Positions 11,039 through 24,366 of a stretch of 64,000 nt of DNA are shown here, in pieces. Each line of letters opens with the position of its first letter. Positions within the stretch are counted from its first letter, which is position 1. The notes below the pieces were generated by a model, which saw only the letters and a program-made list of their open reading frames with translations, searched no databases and was not told the DNA's origin. The DNA lies in NCBI GenBank assembly GCA_964016885.1, contig OZ024741.1:325748001-325812000 (forward strand). Reading direction: 5' to 3'. This stretch comes from Eledone cirrhosa. Lineage: Eukaryota. Both the position numbers and the translations under genes were made by a program.

Positions 11039-13698
11039 TTAAGGATACTATTTATGGTTATGTATGTAATAAAGCCTTTTATGGTTATATATTTTTTATA
11101 CAAACCCCAAATAGTGAAAGATAGTAATTAATTGCTATCTTATTACCAGTAAGATAAATAGCTCAATGTAGTAACATCTGTTGTTTTACAGAGCAGTTAT
11201 ATAGAGATTACAATAATCAAAGTACTTGACCTCCTTTTCAACACAAGAGACATATAAAAATATATGCACGTATTGACCCACAGTGGGATGACGTCCATCA
11301 ACATGATATAGCATGGCAATTTACATATAAAGGTTAAAGGATAAGAATAAAAATAAAAATAAAACTAAAAATAAAAATAAAAATAAAAATAAAAATAAAA
11401 ATAAAAATAAAAATAAAAATAAAAATAAAGATAAAAATGAAGCATTGGCAGCTTATGAAGATAAAGCAAGAGGAAAGTTTAGAGTAGTCAGTGTATGAAA
11501 CAATCTCACGTGTAGCATGCACGCGTGTCTTATTTATACAGGATTAGAGTGCGTCAGATTGTTACTTGCAGCGTCAGGCAGTTGAAGCAGGCAATTGATA
11601 TTATGTGGGCTGAATTATTAAATCATTTTTTCGTATACACCTGTATGATATACAGTCCCGAATGTAGAGAAACACCAAAATATCAAAAATATCAAACATA
11701 TTATAAAACATATTATATCGTAGGCAAAACAGTACCACTGTCTTCTGGCACACCACCACTCACATAATCCATGAGACGCAATATATAGAACACGGGTCTA
11801 TCGTATAATCCACGATGGTTCAGCATATAACCAAGTTATAAACCATATCATGTCGATTCTTAATTAATAAATCATGTTGTTTAGTTTTGTGTGATGATAT
11901 TATATTCCGGAAGTGTGTGTGTGACCAAGGGAAGTTAATGCGTAAGGGGAGGTAACTAGCTATTTTTCTTAGTTAAATTTATTATCCTAAATTACATTAA
12001 TGGTGTTTCAAATAAGTGCCTATCATATGATGTTATAACTAATTTCTAGATTATGTAACGTATCTATAGGTTACAGTGTTGTCTATTAAGAAGTACTAAA
12101 GGTGTATGTATCAGGATGATTACCTTCCATTAAGGGGTGTCATATCTGAACATTCTATAAGAAGGGTCAGACTCACAAATCAATGTTCTTTGTAAGTGTA
12201 ATTCCACCCGCAGGACCTGGCATGGTCCTATTATTATATATGACTCCCGGTAAGCTCTGGGTCATTGTATGTCCGGCTGCCTGGCAAATTTGGATATCTC
12301 CAGGGTGATCTGGAGATCAAATCTCCCATATAAAGACACCAGTCTGGCCATCAAGCAATACATAAACTCCCATCTCATATATATATATTAAATTAGGTAT
12401 CTTATCTACAAATTAGAGTGGAGTCTACTAATAAGTACTAAGGGAGTTCATATCATGATGGTTACAATCTAATATGGAGTGCCACACCCGGACAATCTAT
12501 AAGAAGAGTCGGACTTCAAAATTAATTATATGGGTCTCACTACTAATAAGGGTCTTATTACTAATAATGGTCTTATTATCATACAAGACTCCCGGCAAGT
12601 TTCGGGTCATTGTATGACTGCATCCCCGGTAAAATTCAAATATCACCAGGGCGGTCCGGGGACCCGTTCTCCCAACACTTACAAAGAACATTGATTTGTG
12701 AGTCTGACCCTTCTTATAGAATGTTCAGATATGACACCCCTTAATGGAAGGTAATCATCCTGATACATACACCTTTAGTACTTCTTAATAGACTACACTG
12801 TAACCTATAGATAAGTTACATAATCTAGAAATTAGTTATAACATCATATGATAGGCACTTATTTGAAACACCATTAATGTAATTTAGGATAATAAATTTA
12901 ACTAAGAAAAATAGCTAGTTACCTCCCCTTACGCATTAACTCCCCTTGGTCACACACACACTTCCGGAATATAATATCATCACACAAAACTAAACAACAT
13001 GATTTATTAATTAAGAATCGACATGATATGGTTTATAACTTGGTTATATGCTGAACCATCGTGGATTATACGATAGACTCGTGGTCTATATATTGCGTCT
13101 CATGGATTATGTGAGTGGTGGTGTACGCGAAGACAGTGGTACTGTTTTGCCTACGATATAATATGTTTTATAATATGTTTGATATTTTTGATATTTTGGT
13201 GTTTCTCTATATTCGGGATTGTATATCATACAGGTGTATACGAAAAAATGATTTAATAATTCAGCCCACATAATATCAATTGCCTGCTTCAACTGCCTGA
13301 CGCTGCAAGTAACAATCTGACGCACTCTAATCCTGTATAAATAAGACACGCGTGCATGCTACACGTGAGATTGTTTCATACACTGACTACTCTAAATGTT
13401 CCTCTTGCTTTATCTTCATAAGCTGCCAATGCTTCATTTTTATCTTTATTTTATTTTTATTTTTATTCTTATCCTTTAACCTTTATATGTAAATTGCCAT
13501 GCTATATCATTTTGATGGACGTCATCCCACTGTGGGTCAATACGTGCATATGTTTTTATATGTCTCTTGTGTTGAAAAGGAGGTCAAGTATGTTATAGAT
13601 AACTTAATAGTTGCTCCGAAGAATCCAAACCTCGGTTTGGAGGAAACAATTGTAAGCAAATAAATGATTTAAACTGAACTTTGATTATTGTAATCTCT
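11036..13698. mobile_element. Large fold-back element (family 4) with ~1-kb inverted arms
   Basis: Arms 11203-12199 / 12675-13698; tail 11036-11200; (TA)n flanks; mirror ORFs 11525..11767(+) and 13107..13349(-). Confidence 0.88.
13611..13659 (+). ncRNA. Type I hammerhead ribozyme, CCGAAGA core
   Basis: TTGCT-CCGAAGA-(A)TCCAAACC TC GGTTTGGA(G)-GAAA-CAATTG-TA-AGCAA; AATAAA overlaps the end of stem I. Confidence 0.8.
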
Positions 13699-13729
13699 CT
13701 CTCTATATATAAATATATTTATATATATA

Positions 13730-13831
<102 letters not shown>

Positions 13832-13932
13832 CGTTCGCACTGATTTTAGGTATCTAGTCTTTAATGCGAAGAAATACCAATGATAATCAGCAGACTACTG
13901 ATGATGGACAGTCGTGGCTCGGTCTATTTTCA

Positions 13933-13970
<38 letters not shown>

Positions 13971-14262
13971 TTGTCCCCAACGTATATGACCGTTTTTGTA
14001 AAATTAAAGGAATTATTACTATTATTGTTATTGTTGCAGTCATTCGTAACAGTTCTATGCTTTATCGTATCTATGGAATTATGAGATTTACTAACATGTC
14101 CCTTCTATTCTAGAGAATTCTACCAAATAATCTATCGTAAAATAGGAAGTGACAGATTTTTCGTTCTTATTTCTTCGTATCTTTATTTAAATTGTCGTTA
14201 TTTATTTCTTATGTTTTACTTCATTTCATTTCTGTTTATGTTTTATTATTTTCTCTTCGATA

Positions 14263-14630
14263 GGGCGGTGGATTGGCAGTATCGGTAGAGGCTCGGACAC
14301 CATGCTTTCCAGCATAGTTACGTCCCTTTACGATCTGAGTTGAAATCCCGCCGAGGTTGACTTTGCCTTTCATCCTTACGGGGTCGATAAAATAAAGTAC
14401 CAGTAATGCACTAGTAATTGCTGGCCTTGTGCCTAAAGTAGAAACAATTATTACTATATATATATTACAGGGTCGATAAAATAAAGAACCAGTAATGCAC
14501 TAGTAATTGCTGGCCTTGTGCCTAAAGTAGAAACAATTATTACTATATATATATTACAGGGTCGATAAAATAAAGTACCAGTAATGTACTGGGTAATTGC
14601 TGGCCTTGTGCCTAAAGTAGAAACAATTAT
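14263..14630 (+). mobile_element. tRNA-derived octopus-type SINE with triplicated 3' half and 18-bp TSD
   Basis: A/B-box-like head (TGGCAGTATCGG; GAGTTGAAATCC); GCCTTTCATCCTTACGGGGTCGATAAAA central domain; 89-bp unit x3; TSD ATTATTTTCTCTTCGATA at 14245-14262 and 14626-14643. Confidence 0.9.
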
Positions 14631-14759
14631 TTTCTCTTCGATAAATTCGTACGATTTTCTAATGCATCACATCACCATGTTGAACCTCCGTGTACCTGAC
14701 GTGTGTAGCTTTGTATCTTCTTATTCGTGATGGTGTGTGTATGAGTGTGGGGATTATTG

Positions 14760-15025
14760 TTATCATCATCATCATCATCATCTTTTCTTCTTCTTCTTCT
14801 TCTTCTTCTTCTTCTTCTTCTTCTTCTTCTTCTTCTTCTTCTTCTTCTTCTTCTTCTTCTTCTTCTTCTTCTTCTTCTTCTTCTTCTTCTGCTGCTGCTG
14901 CTACTGCTGCCTCATCGTCTTTATCTTCTTCATTATCTTTCTCATCACCATCAGCCTTATCATCATCATAATCTTAATCATCGTCGTCGTTGTTGTCATC
15001 ATCATCATCATTATGATCGTTATTC

Positions 15026-15061
<36 letters not shown>

Positions 15062-15247
15062 CCATCTCTTCTTCTTCTTCTTCTTCTTCTTCTTCTTCTT
15101 CTTCTTCTTCTTCTTCTTCTTCTTCTTCTCACTTTCAATGGCCCCCTTAAACAACTGTCTTTGTCTTATTCTCTGTCCTATTATGATAACAAAGATAAAT
15201 TTTACCTGGGAATTCTCAATTTATTTCGTTGTTGCCGTGTTGTTGTT

Positions 15248-15289
<42 letters not shown>

Positions 15290-15377
15290 ATTGTTGTTGC
15301 TGTAGCACTTGTTGTTGCACTTGTTGTTGCAGTTGTTGTTACCGTGGTTATATCCCTTGTTGTTATTGACGCTGTGG

Positions 15378-15408
<31 letters not shown>

Positions 15409-15497
15409 AGCACTTGTTGTTGCACTTGTTGTTGCAGTTGTTGTTACCGTGGTTATATCCGTTGTTGTTATTGACGCTGTGGTTGCTGTTGTTGCCG

Positions 15498-15532
<35 letters not shown>

Positions 15533-15611
15533 GCTGTAGCACTTGTTGTTGCACTTGTTGTTGCAGTTGTTGTTACCGTGGTTATATCCGTTGTTGTTAT
15601 TGACGCTGTGG

Positions 15612-15646
<35 letters not shown>

Positions 15647-15665
15647 ATTCTTGCCGCTGTGGTTG
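14760..15665. repeat. (TTC)n, (ATC)n, (GTT)n microsatellites with a ~120-bp higher-order unit x3
   Basis: GTAGCACTTGTTGTTGCAC...GACGCTGTGG recurs at ~15302, 15407 and 15536. Confidence 0.9.
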
Positions 15666-16095
15666 TTATTTTTTTTGTCAGATATTTTCAATGTTTCTCT
15701 TGTAAAGCAACAATAACAATAACAATTCTTATTTAGTTTTCAATCTGATATATGCTTTTATCGTAATGATATAAAACAAAAAGAATCCCCCCCCCCCCCA
15801 AAAAAAAACAACAACTTTGATTACATGATTACTTAACATAGAGAATTCCCACAAGTTCTTACAAAGGTAATTTTAAATAACAACTCTTGGTTTTGTTTGC
15901 ATGTGGCCCTTCTCCATCTCATCTATTTTGGAAATCCACGTTTCCTATTAAACCTTTCTGTGTGTCATTTTCTGCAAACCTTTCATGTCAAATCTTCTTC
16001 TTTGTAATCTCGTTTTTCACCGTCTCTTACTACATTTATGCAAGGCGGTGAATTGGAAGAGCGCGCTTTTAGTCTTTCATATATCTCAAGAATGA

Positions 16096-16357
16096 AGGCC
16101 CGTGGTTTTGTGGTTATGAGTATTCGGCTCACGATCCTATTCGACGGCGCGTTGTGTCCTTGAGAAAAACACTTTATTTCATTTTGCTTCAGTCCACTCA
16201 CCACGCAAAAACATAGTTGTATCTGTAACTCGAAGGGCCAGCCTTGTCACATTCTATGTCATGCTGAATCTCCCTGTAAAATACGTTAATTTTACGAGCA
16301 GGCTGTTCCATTGATTGTATCAACTGGAACATTCATCGTTGTAACGGACGGAGTGCT
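16096..16357 (+). mobile_element. Second tRNA-derived SINE family (CORE-like GTGTCCTTGAG..CACTT), decayed
   Basis: tRNA-like head GGCCCGTGG..GTGGTTA; central GTTGTGTCCTTGAGAAAAACACTTTATTTCA. Confidence 0.65.
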
Positions 16358-16515
16358 AGTTATATATCTCAACTACAAAATACAAAACTTAACATTTCCG
16401 AATAAATAAAAGAAAACGTGTATAGTGAAAGATTTGGTATTTACCAAAACCAAACTTGAGACATTAGTGTTTCACACCTATCATACCTTCTTCAATAGAG
16501 AAGCCATTTATAGAA

Positions 16516-16555
<40 letters not shown>

Positions 16556-16909
16556 GATATAATGTATATTATACTGTTATATATCATATTATATTATATT
16601 GTATTATATTATATCTTATCATATTATGTGATATTATCGATCAACTAATGGTATTTATATAGACATAACATCAGCCTCAGTTATAATGAAGCTCTCAATT
16701 TCTCAGGTTTCGCAAATATCCGAAAGTTTCTTGAGAACTTTACACTGGTGGGATTTACGTTAAGCTATTTATTGAGTGTTAGGAAATATTTCCAAAGAAA
16801 AAAAAAACAAAAAAAAACATTGAAAACCTAGAAGCGAGGTAATGGAATATAAAAATGACGTAAGATGATGTAAACCAACACTTATTCCATTATTATACAC
16901 ACTCAAACC

Positions 16910-16996
16910 TGGGCGGTTGATTGGCAGAATCGGACAAAATGTTTCGGCCCTTTACGTTCTGCGTTCAAATCCCGCCGAAGTTAGCTTTGCCCTTCA
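16910..16996 (+). mobile_element. SINE 5' fragment
   Basis: GGGCGGTTGATTGGCAGAATCG...GTTCAAATCCCGCCGAAG, homologous to 14263. Confidence 0.75.
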
Positions 16997-17173
16997 TATA
17001 TATATATATATATATATATATCCATACGTACATATATATATGTGTGCATGTATGTATATATATATACATACTACTGTACGTCTGTATACATATATGTATG
17101 TACGTGTACATACTTATATTTAAGTAATAGCCGTACTAAGAGTGGGAAATGAAATTTCGTTTCATTTTTTCCG

Positions 17174-17209
<36 letters not shown>

Positions 17210-17269
17210 TTTTTTACCTGTTTCAGCCACCCGGCTGAGGCCATATATATATTGCATGGAGAACCGTGG

Positions 17270-17380
17270 AAATAATTATAATTGCTTCTACATTTGGCAC
17301 AAGGCCAGCAATTACCCAGTACATTACTGGTACTTTATTTTATCGACCTCGTAAGGATGAAAGGCAAAGTTAACCTCAGC
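17270..17380 (-). mobile_element. SINE 3' fragment
   Basis: Reverse complement of 14350-14450. Confidence 0.8.
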
Positions 17381-17437
17381 GTGTGGAAATAATTATAATG
17401 ATTAAACGATTTATGTAACCCCAGCATCTTATTTTGT

Positions 17438-17497
<60 letters not shown>

Positions 17498-17499
17498 CT

Positions 17500-18520
17500 C
17501 CCATGATTTCAAAAAGCGTGGATGATCTGACAGAGACATCACTTACAAACCCAGGTTCTGAGTCTATGAATCGAGACTTGGATAAATATCGTCATTATAT
17601 CAAAGCCCTGGAAAGATTTCATCAAGCTTGCTTTAACATAATGCTTGACATGAAATGACTCTCTCTATCACAAGACACCAATGTGTTTTAGTGAGCCAAC
17701 ACATTCAGTATTTAAATACTCATCGTACGCAATCAAATCCGTTGATCAGGCCACTTTACTAAGATGGAAGATGACAAGCTACCTAACCAGTTGTTTTACG
17801 GAGAGTTGTAACGTAGTAAACGTCCTAGTTATAAAAATAAGAAATGTTTTAGGCACATCCTCACAAACAACCTTAAGACTAGGTTCAAACTGTAAATGTT
17901 GGAGAATGAGAGCAGGTGACGAAAATTTAGTTGCTTTGGAAAAATGATCTACGATGGTAATAAAGCATTTGAAAGACGGAGAATCGAACACTCCATCTTG
18001 AAGAAAGTGCTTCGTAAACAGGGTTCGAACTCAATCCTAAACACATTTCAGAATAAACATGTCTGTAACGTCTGCAATAGAGTCTATTTGACCAACATCC
18101 GACTTTCTAGCCACACGAGATTTCAGGACAGCAAATCATCATAGGCTGATTATGCTCCAGGTCCTTCCTCAGCAAACTTCAGATAATACGTGTCAATTCT
18201 GTGGATCTGCAGCAGGTGTAATAAACTATATCAGAGTGCACAAAAAGAAAAAGAAATCAGGTTAATGTCAAAATCAAACAAAAGTTTTGCAAAAAATTGC
18301 AAAACTGAAGCTGGATTGAAAAGCCGAAAACGTGCCTACGGGTGCTCATTACAAAACTGAAGAAATGGCCTATTTCTGTACTCACAAAATGGATCGGTAA
18401 AGAATTTACCACAAGCCTGGACCTGAGATGAACAGCTGAACGTGGTAAGTACACCACTCTACTCAGCAGCGTACACACGACGTTGGAGAGTCAAGAGATC
18501 GGTAATGGTAATGGTAACAA
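17500..18520 (+). mobile_element. Decayed RTE-type LINE 3' region
   Basis: YRHYIKALERFHQAC, DDKLPNQLFYGEL and C2H2-like CNVCNRVYLTNIRLSSHTR in shifting frames; short (TAATGG) tail. Confidence 0.7.
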
Positions 18521-18934
18521 TAATTGAAATAGTTGAAGCAGCTTTGAGAAGATACAAGACATATTCATAGAAGATAAATGTATTATAAAGTCACACTATA
18601 AGGTTCTGAATTATACAGTGTTTTCCACGAACTTTTCATAATAAATCGTTTACAGAGTTGACAGGTCCTCAGCAGAGACGGCCTAGACTGACGAGCGAAA
18701 TAAATCTAGTACAAATATATATATACGTATATTTTTTTTTGTTCGTGTGGGCGTGTGTACGTTTATGTAAAGGAAGCGCGTATATGTAATAAATACATAA
18801 TTTACGCGCATTTACAAAAATGTAGGTATACAATAACTGAACTACAAGAAATACATACAGGCATACATCTGTATGTTGACGTGCCTCTCTCTGTCTCTCC
18901 CTGTCTCTCTCTGTCTCTCTTTCACTCTCTCTCG

Positions 18935-19046
<112 letters not shown>

Positions 19047-19143
19047 CTATATTTCTATTCATGAATCACTATTTCTCATACAAACACTATAAATATTTAT
19101 ATATTAATATACATAAACCAAATCATATATGTACACACACACA

Positions 19144-19199
<56 letters not shown>

Positions 19200-19388
19200 T
19201 ATATATATATATATGTATAGAAATACATACATGCATACAGACATATATGCATACATATATCATACATATATCATACATACATACATGCACTCAGGCATGC
19301 ATGCATGCATACATACAACCATACATACGTACGTACATACATACATACATACATACATACATACATACATACATACATACATACATAA

Positions 19389-19594
19389 ATGGTGGCTGCC
19401 AACTCGTTTTCGAGTACGGCCACTACTTTATATCCATGTAGGAGAACCCCTACCGATGGGCTGAACGAGTGTGACTTTTTAGTCCAGCCAGCGACTTGAA
19501 AACTCTGGTACAAACACTACACTTGTGACAATTATTGACACATAGTGCTGGGCCCATGGTACCATGTGACGACAAGTGCAGAGAGATCTCCAGA
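19389..19594 (-). mobile_element. RTE 3'-end fragment in (CATA)n
   Basis: Encodes CSVCTRVFKSLAGLKSHTRSAH; reverse complement of 24768-24973; (TGTA)n tail. Confidence 0.8.
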
Positions 19595-19919
19595 TACATA
19601 CATACATACATACATACATACATACATACATACATACATACATACATACATACATGCATAAATTCTACACTGTAATTTTGTGAGAAACCCGTCCCGCAGA
19701 CAAAACAATAGAGAAAAACAACAAAAGCAACAACAAGAAAACAAACAAACAAACTAATAATGAAAACAAATGAAGAACATACAATAACAATGGCGACTAG
19801 AAGAGAATAAGACAGATCTTTAGAAAATAAACTATCGTTGAAAGACATCACCGCCATTGTAAAAAAGATAATCTCTATTTTAGTAACAAATAGATACTAC
19901 TGTCGACTCTTCCTTATTC

Positions 19920-20770
19920 AATGGTGTATGTTGGATGGCGGTAAGTATAAATGTATGTGTGTGTCTATGTGTGTGAGTGTTTGTGTTAAACTGCATGTGT
20001 GTGTGTATGTGTATGAATGTGTGTGTGTGTATGAAACTGTGTGTGTGTGTGTTGGATGGCGGTTAATATAAATTTATGTGTCTATGTGTGAGCGTTTGTT
20101 TGAAACTGCGTATGTGTGTATGTGTATGAATGTGTGTGTGTGGGTATGAATGTGTGTGTGTGTGTATGTGTGTGTGTGAAACTGGGTGTGTGTGTTGGAT
20201 GGTGGTTAGTATAAATGTTTGTATGTGTCTATGTGTGAGTGTTTGTGTGAAACTGCGTATGTGTGTATGTGTATGAATGTGTGTGTGTGTGAAACTGGGT
20301 GTGTATGTTGAATGGCGGTTAATATAAATGTATGTGGGTTTATGTGTGTGAGTGTTTGTGTGAAACTGCGTGTCTGTGTGTGTGTATATGTGAAAGTAGG
20401 TGTGTATGTGTGCGTGTGTGTGAAACTGTGTGTGTGTGTATGTATCACTGGGTGTGCATGTGTGTGTGTGAAACTGTGTGTGTGTGTATGTGTGACTGGG
20501 TGTGCATGTGTATGTGTGTGTGTGTGTGTGTGTAACTGGGTGTGTGTGTGTATGTGTGACTGGGTGTGCATGTGTGTGTGTGTGTGTATGTGTAACTGGG
20601 TGTATATGGTGGATAGCGCTTAGTATAAATGTATGTGTTTGTGTGTGTGAGTGTTTGTGTAAGACAGCGTGTGTCTGTGTGTATGTGTGTGTGTGTATGT
20701 GAAACTGGGTGTGTATGTATGTATGTCTGTGTGTATGTGAAACTGGGTTTGTATGTATGTATGTGTGTTT
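19920..20770. repeat. GT-rich minisatellite, ~125-bp higher-order units
   Basis: GTTGGATGGCGGTTAATATAAAT and GTGAAACTG recur at ~19930, 20051, 20193, 20307 and 20608. Confidence 0.85.
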
Positions 20771-21018
20771 GTGTGATTGTGTGTGTGCGTGTGTCCATGT
20801 CTGTTTGCGTGTGCGTTTATGTGTATCTTTGTGTCTGTGTGTATGTGTGTATGTATGCGCATGTGCGTGTTTGCTGATTGTTTGCGTGATCGTGTGTGAG
20901 TTCATTTATGCGTGTATGTGTATGTGTGTATGTGCTCAACGTAATTCAATCAGTTCATTGGTATAAATTATATGACGTTGAATCGCTTTCGCCTTTGTCA
21001 GCATTGATTTGTAGGTGA

Positions 21019-21057
<39 letters not shown>

Positions 21058-21189
21058 CAGAGGGAGAGAGAGAGAAGTGGGTTAACAGCCGAAGAGTACG
21101 ATAAAGTATATATACGGAGTGTGTAACCGGGACTGTTCTAACGTGTATTTAGATGAAATATAGAAATAATTGAAAGAGGATATACATAT

Positions 21190-21231
<42 letters not shown>

Positions 21232-21233
<2 letters not shown>

Positions 21234-21940
21234 AGAAACCACCGCAAGATTGCAGAGGAGGAATACGCATAGGCAGATTAGCTGGTACAACCCTCCCTTC
21301 AATAGAGAGGTCTCTGCACCAATAGCTAGGAATTTCTTCACTTTGCTGAAAACACACTTCCCCATACAACATAGGTACTACACCATCATTAATAAGAACA
21401 CAATAAGACTCTCCTACTCCACCACACCTAACTTAGCTAGGAATGTAGCCAACCACCTCCGAACCCAATCCCCGGACTGGGGCCTTGTGTAATTGCCTAA
21501 ATAAAGAAGCCTGCCCACTTGAAAAAAAATGCCTGACAAATGATATCGTATACAAATGTGATGTCATCTCAGGCACCGATGATTGCAATAACAAAAAGAC
21601 TTACATCGGCATGACTTCCAATAACTTTAAGACCCGTTGGTATTCCCATACCCACTCCTTCAGAGGATCGGACAAATCAAACCAGACAACACTCGCCTCC
21701 TATGTTTGGGACCTCAAAAGGAACTCCACCCCCTTCACGCTTAAATGGAAAATACTCCAGAAAGCGCGCTCTTACATCGGAGGACACAAGGGCTGCGACC
21801 TTTGTATCTCAGAGAGCTATCAAATTTTATTCGCCAAGGGCACGCTACTGAACAAACTCACTGAACACTGCCCGAACTGCATGCATAAGAACTTTGCAAT
21901 TTTCAAATACCTTAAGCCAGTGTTAATGCCCGATGGCTAA
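21232..21940 (+). pseudogene. Penelope-like element C-terminus (thumb remnant plus GIY-YIG endonuclease, Naiad-like), 5'-truncated and frameshifted
   Basis: WYNPPFN..INKNTIRLSYS; CNC..CPL..C..IVYKC..KTYIGMT..FKTRW..H..SF..TLASYVWDLK..W.IL..CDLCISE; starts immediately after (TA)n. Confidence 0.88.
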
Positions 21941-22079
21941 AAACGACTTCCCACTTTTAGCCCCTCTACCTCCTTCCCACACCACCCCAGCCCTCCTCAA
22001 CCTGAAATACGGTCACTATGGTTATGTGAGTACCTCTTACATATCTGCATTTTCTGCCTGTAGAGCTGTTTTTATGTGC

Positions 22080-22479
22080 CTGTGTATATGCGTATATTTA
22101 TGAGTAGTTATTTGTATATATGTATATATGTGTATATGTATGTATATGTGTATATATGTATATTTTATATATATGTGTGTGCATATATATATATATAGAT
22201 ATGTATATATGTATATATGCATGTATATATATATATATATGTGTATATGTATATATATGTATATATATATGTGTATGTATGTGTGTATGTGTATATGTAT
22301 GTATGTGTATGTATGTATATATGTATATATCTGTGTATGTATTTATTTATTATTATATATATATTTATATATATATATATATATATGTGTGTATATATAT
22401 TTATGTATATATTTATGTATGTGTATGTTTGTGTATATGTGTGTATATATGTATGTATGTGTGTATGTGTGTATATATA

Positions 22480-22540
<61 letters not shown>

Positions 22541-22892
22541 GTGTGTGTATATATGTGTATATATATATGTATGTGTGTATATGTATGTATTTATATGTAT
22601 GTGTATGAGTGTGTGTGTATGTGTGTGTGTATATGTGTATATATATGTGTGTGTTTGTGTGTATATGTATATGTGTGTATGTATATATATATATATGTAT
22701 ATACATATATATATATATGTATATGTATGTGTATATGTATATATAGGTATATGTATATATATATATGTGTATGCGTATATGTATGTATGTATGTGTGTAT
22801 GTCTGTGTATGTATGTATATATATATACACATACATATATACACATATATACACATACATATATATATATATATATACACATACATGTATAC

Positions 22893-22925
<33 letters not shown>
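22080..22925. repeat. Degenerate (TA)/(TG) microsatellite
   Basis: Direct reading. Confidence 0.95.
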
Positions 22926-22949
22926 TATTAAAAGAATCGCTGCTTTCAC

Positions 22950-23000
<51 letters not shown>

Positions 23001-23005
<5 letters not shown>

Positions 23006-24105
23006 ATAATAATAAATTTGAAGACTAAAATCCAAAGAGGGCTCGATAAGGATAAATATATATCAAATATATAAGAACCGTAGAGCAAATATTTATTAAA
23101 ATAACAGATTAAATTTTAAGCAAAGAATCGCTGCTTTCACCCTTAACTGGATCTTCTGAAACTAACAAAGTCAATCTGTAAACGCAGAAGTGGATATTTC
23201 AAAAAACGTTCCAACCGGAGGAAGACAGGAAGACGATACTTTGGTTCGTGGAAACATTCCCTGGCAAAGAACGGGAAAAAACGAATATAATACGTCATTA
23301 ATAGAGGCTGTGAAAAACAATTACGCGCAAAGACAGAACGACGTTTATGGTATAAAAGAAGTCGTAGACTAATGTTCTCTTAGGTGGTTCATAGAGACGT
23401 TCTCTGGCAATGAACGGAAAAAACGAAGATAATACGTCGTATGTGGAGGGTGGAGAACAATTGCACGCAAAGACAAAACCACGTAAATGGTATAGCAGAA
23501 GTCGTAGACTAAAATTCTAACTAGGAAACCGAATGAATCTCCGCTTCAGAGTTAAGAATAAAGTAAATAAAATACAATACAGAGGTAATAGAAATTAAAT
23601 AAATACATGCACGCATACAAATACGTACATACACAAGCATACGCGAAGACACTTGCCATAGGTATACAAAACCACCAATATAAATATGTGTGTGTGTGTG
23701 TGCGTGTATACAAATAAATAAATAATTAAATAAACGTATATAAATAAATAAATACGTATATAACAAGCGCACACACAGACCTACATGTAATTGTTTTTCA
23801 CAGCCTCTATTAATGACGTATTATATTCGTTTTTTCCCGTTCTTTGCCAGGGAACGTTACCACGAACCAAAGTATCGTCTTCCTGTCTTCCTCCGGTTGC
23901 AACGTTTTTTGAAATATCCACTTCTGCGTTTACAGATTGACTTTGTTAGTTTCAGAAGATCCAGTTAAGGGTGAAAGCAGCGATTCTTTGCTTAAACTTT
24001 AATCTGTTATTTTAATAAATATTTGCTCTACGTTTCTTATGTATTTGATATATATTTATCCTTATTGAGCCCTCTTTGGATTTTAGTCTTCAAATTTATT
24101 ATTAT

Positions 24106-24110
<5 letters not shown>
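23001..24110. mobile_element. Fold-back element in (TA)n (family 5)
   Basis: 324-bp arms 23001-23324 / 23787-24110; internal ~140-bp diverged tandem pair 23243-23512. Confidence 0.88.
23948..23998 (+). ncRNA. Hammerhead-like motif with CAGAAGA core
   Basis: AGTTT-CAGAAGA-TCCAGTTAAGGGT-GAAA-GCAG..TTGC-TT-AAACT; mirror copy at 23113-23163(-); homolog at 57309-57359. Confidence 0.6.
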
Positions 24111-24175
<65 letters not shown>

Positions 24176-24240
24176 ATATGTTTACGTGTATGTATGTATA
24201 TATATGCGTGTATGTATGTGTGTATGTATATATATGTATA

Positions 24241-24335
<95 letters not shown>

Positions 24336-24366
24336 ACATATGTATATATATGTATATATATGTATG

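Noticed and set aside
11525-13349. Duplicated 80-aa ORF (11525..11767 + and 13107..13349 -)
   Set aside because: Mirror images produced by the inverted repeat; non-ATG start and no recognisable domain
13892-13930. CTGATGA motif (also at 26766)
   Set aside because: No compatible GAAA, stem III and stem I found
14263-14355. tRNA gene
   Set aside because: tRNA-derived SINE head without an intact cloverleaf; many dispersed copies
14381-14630. Regularly spaced repeats resembling CRISPR
   Set aside because: Spacers are identical; these are SINE 3' halves in a eukaryote
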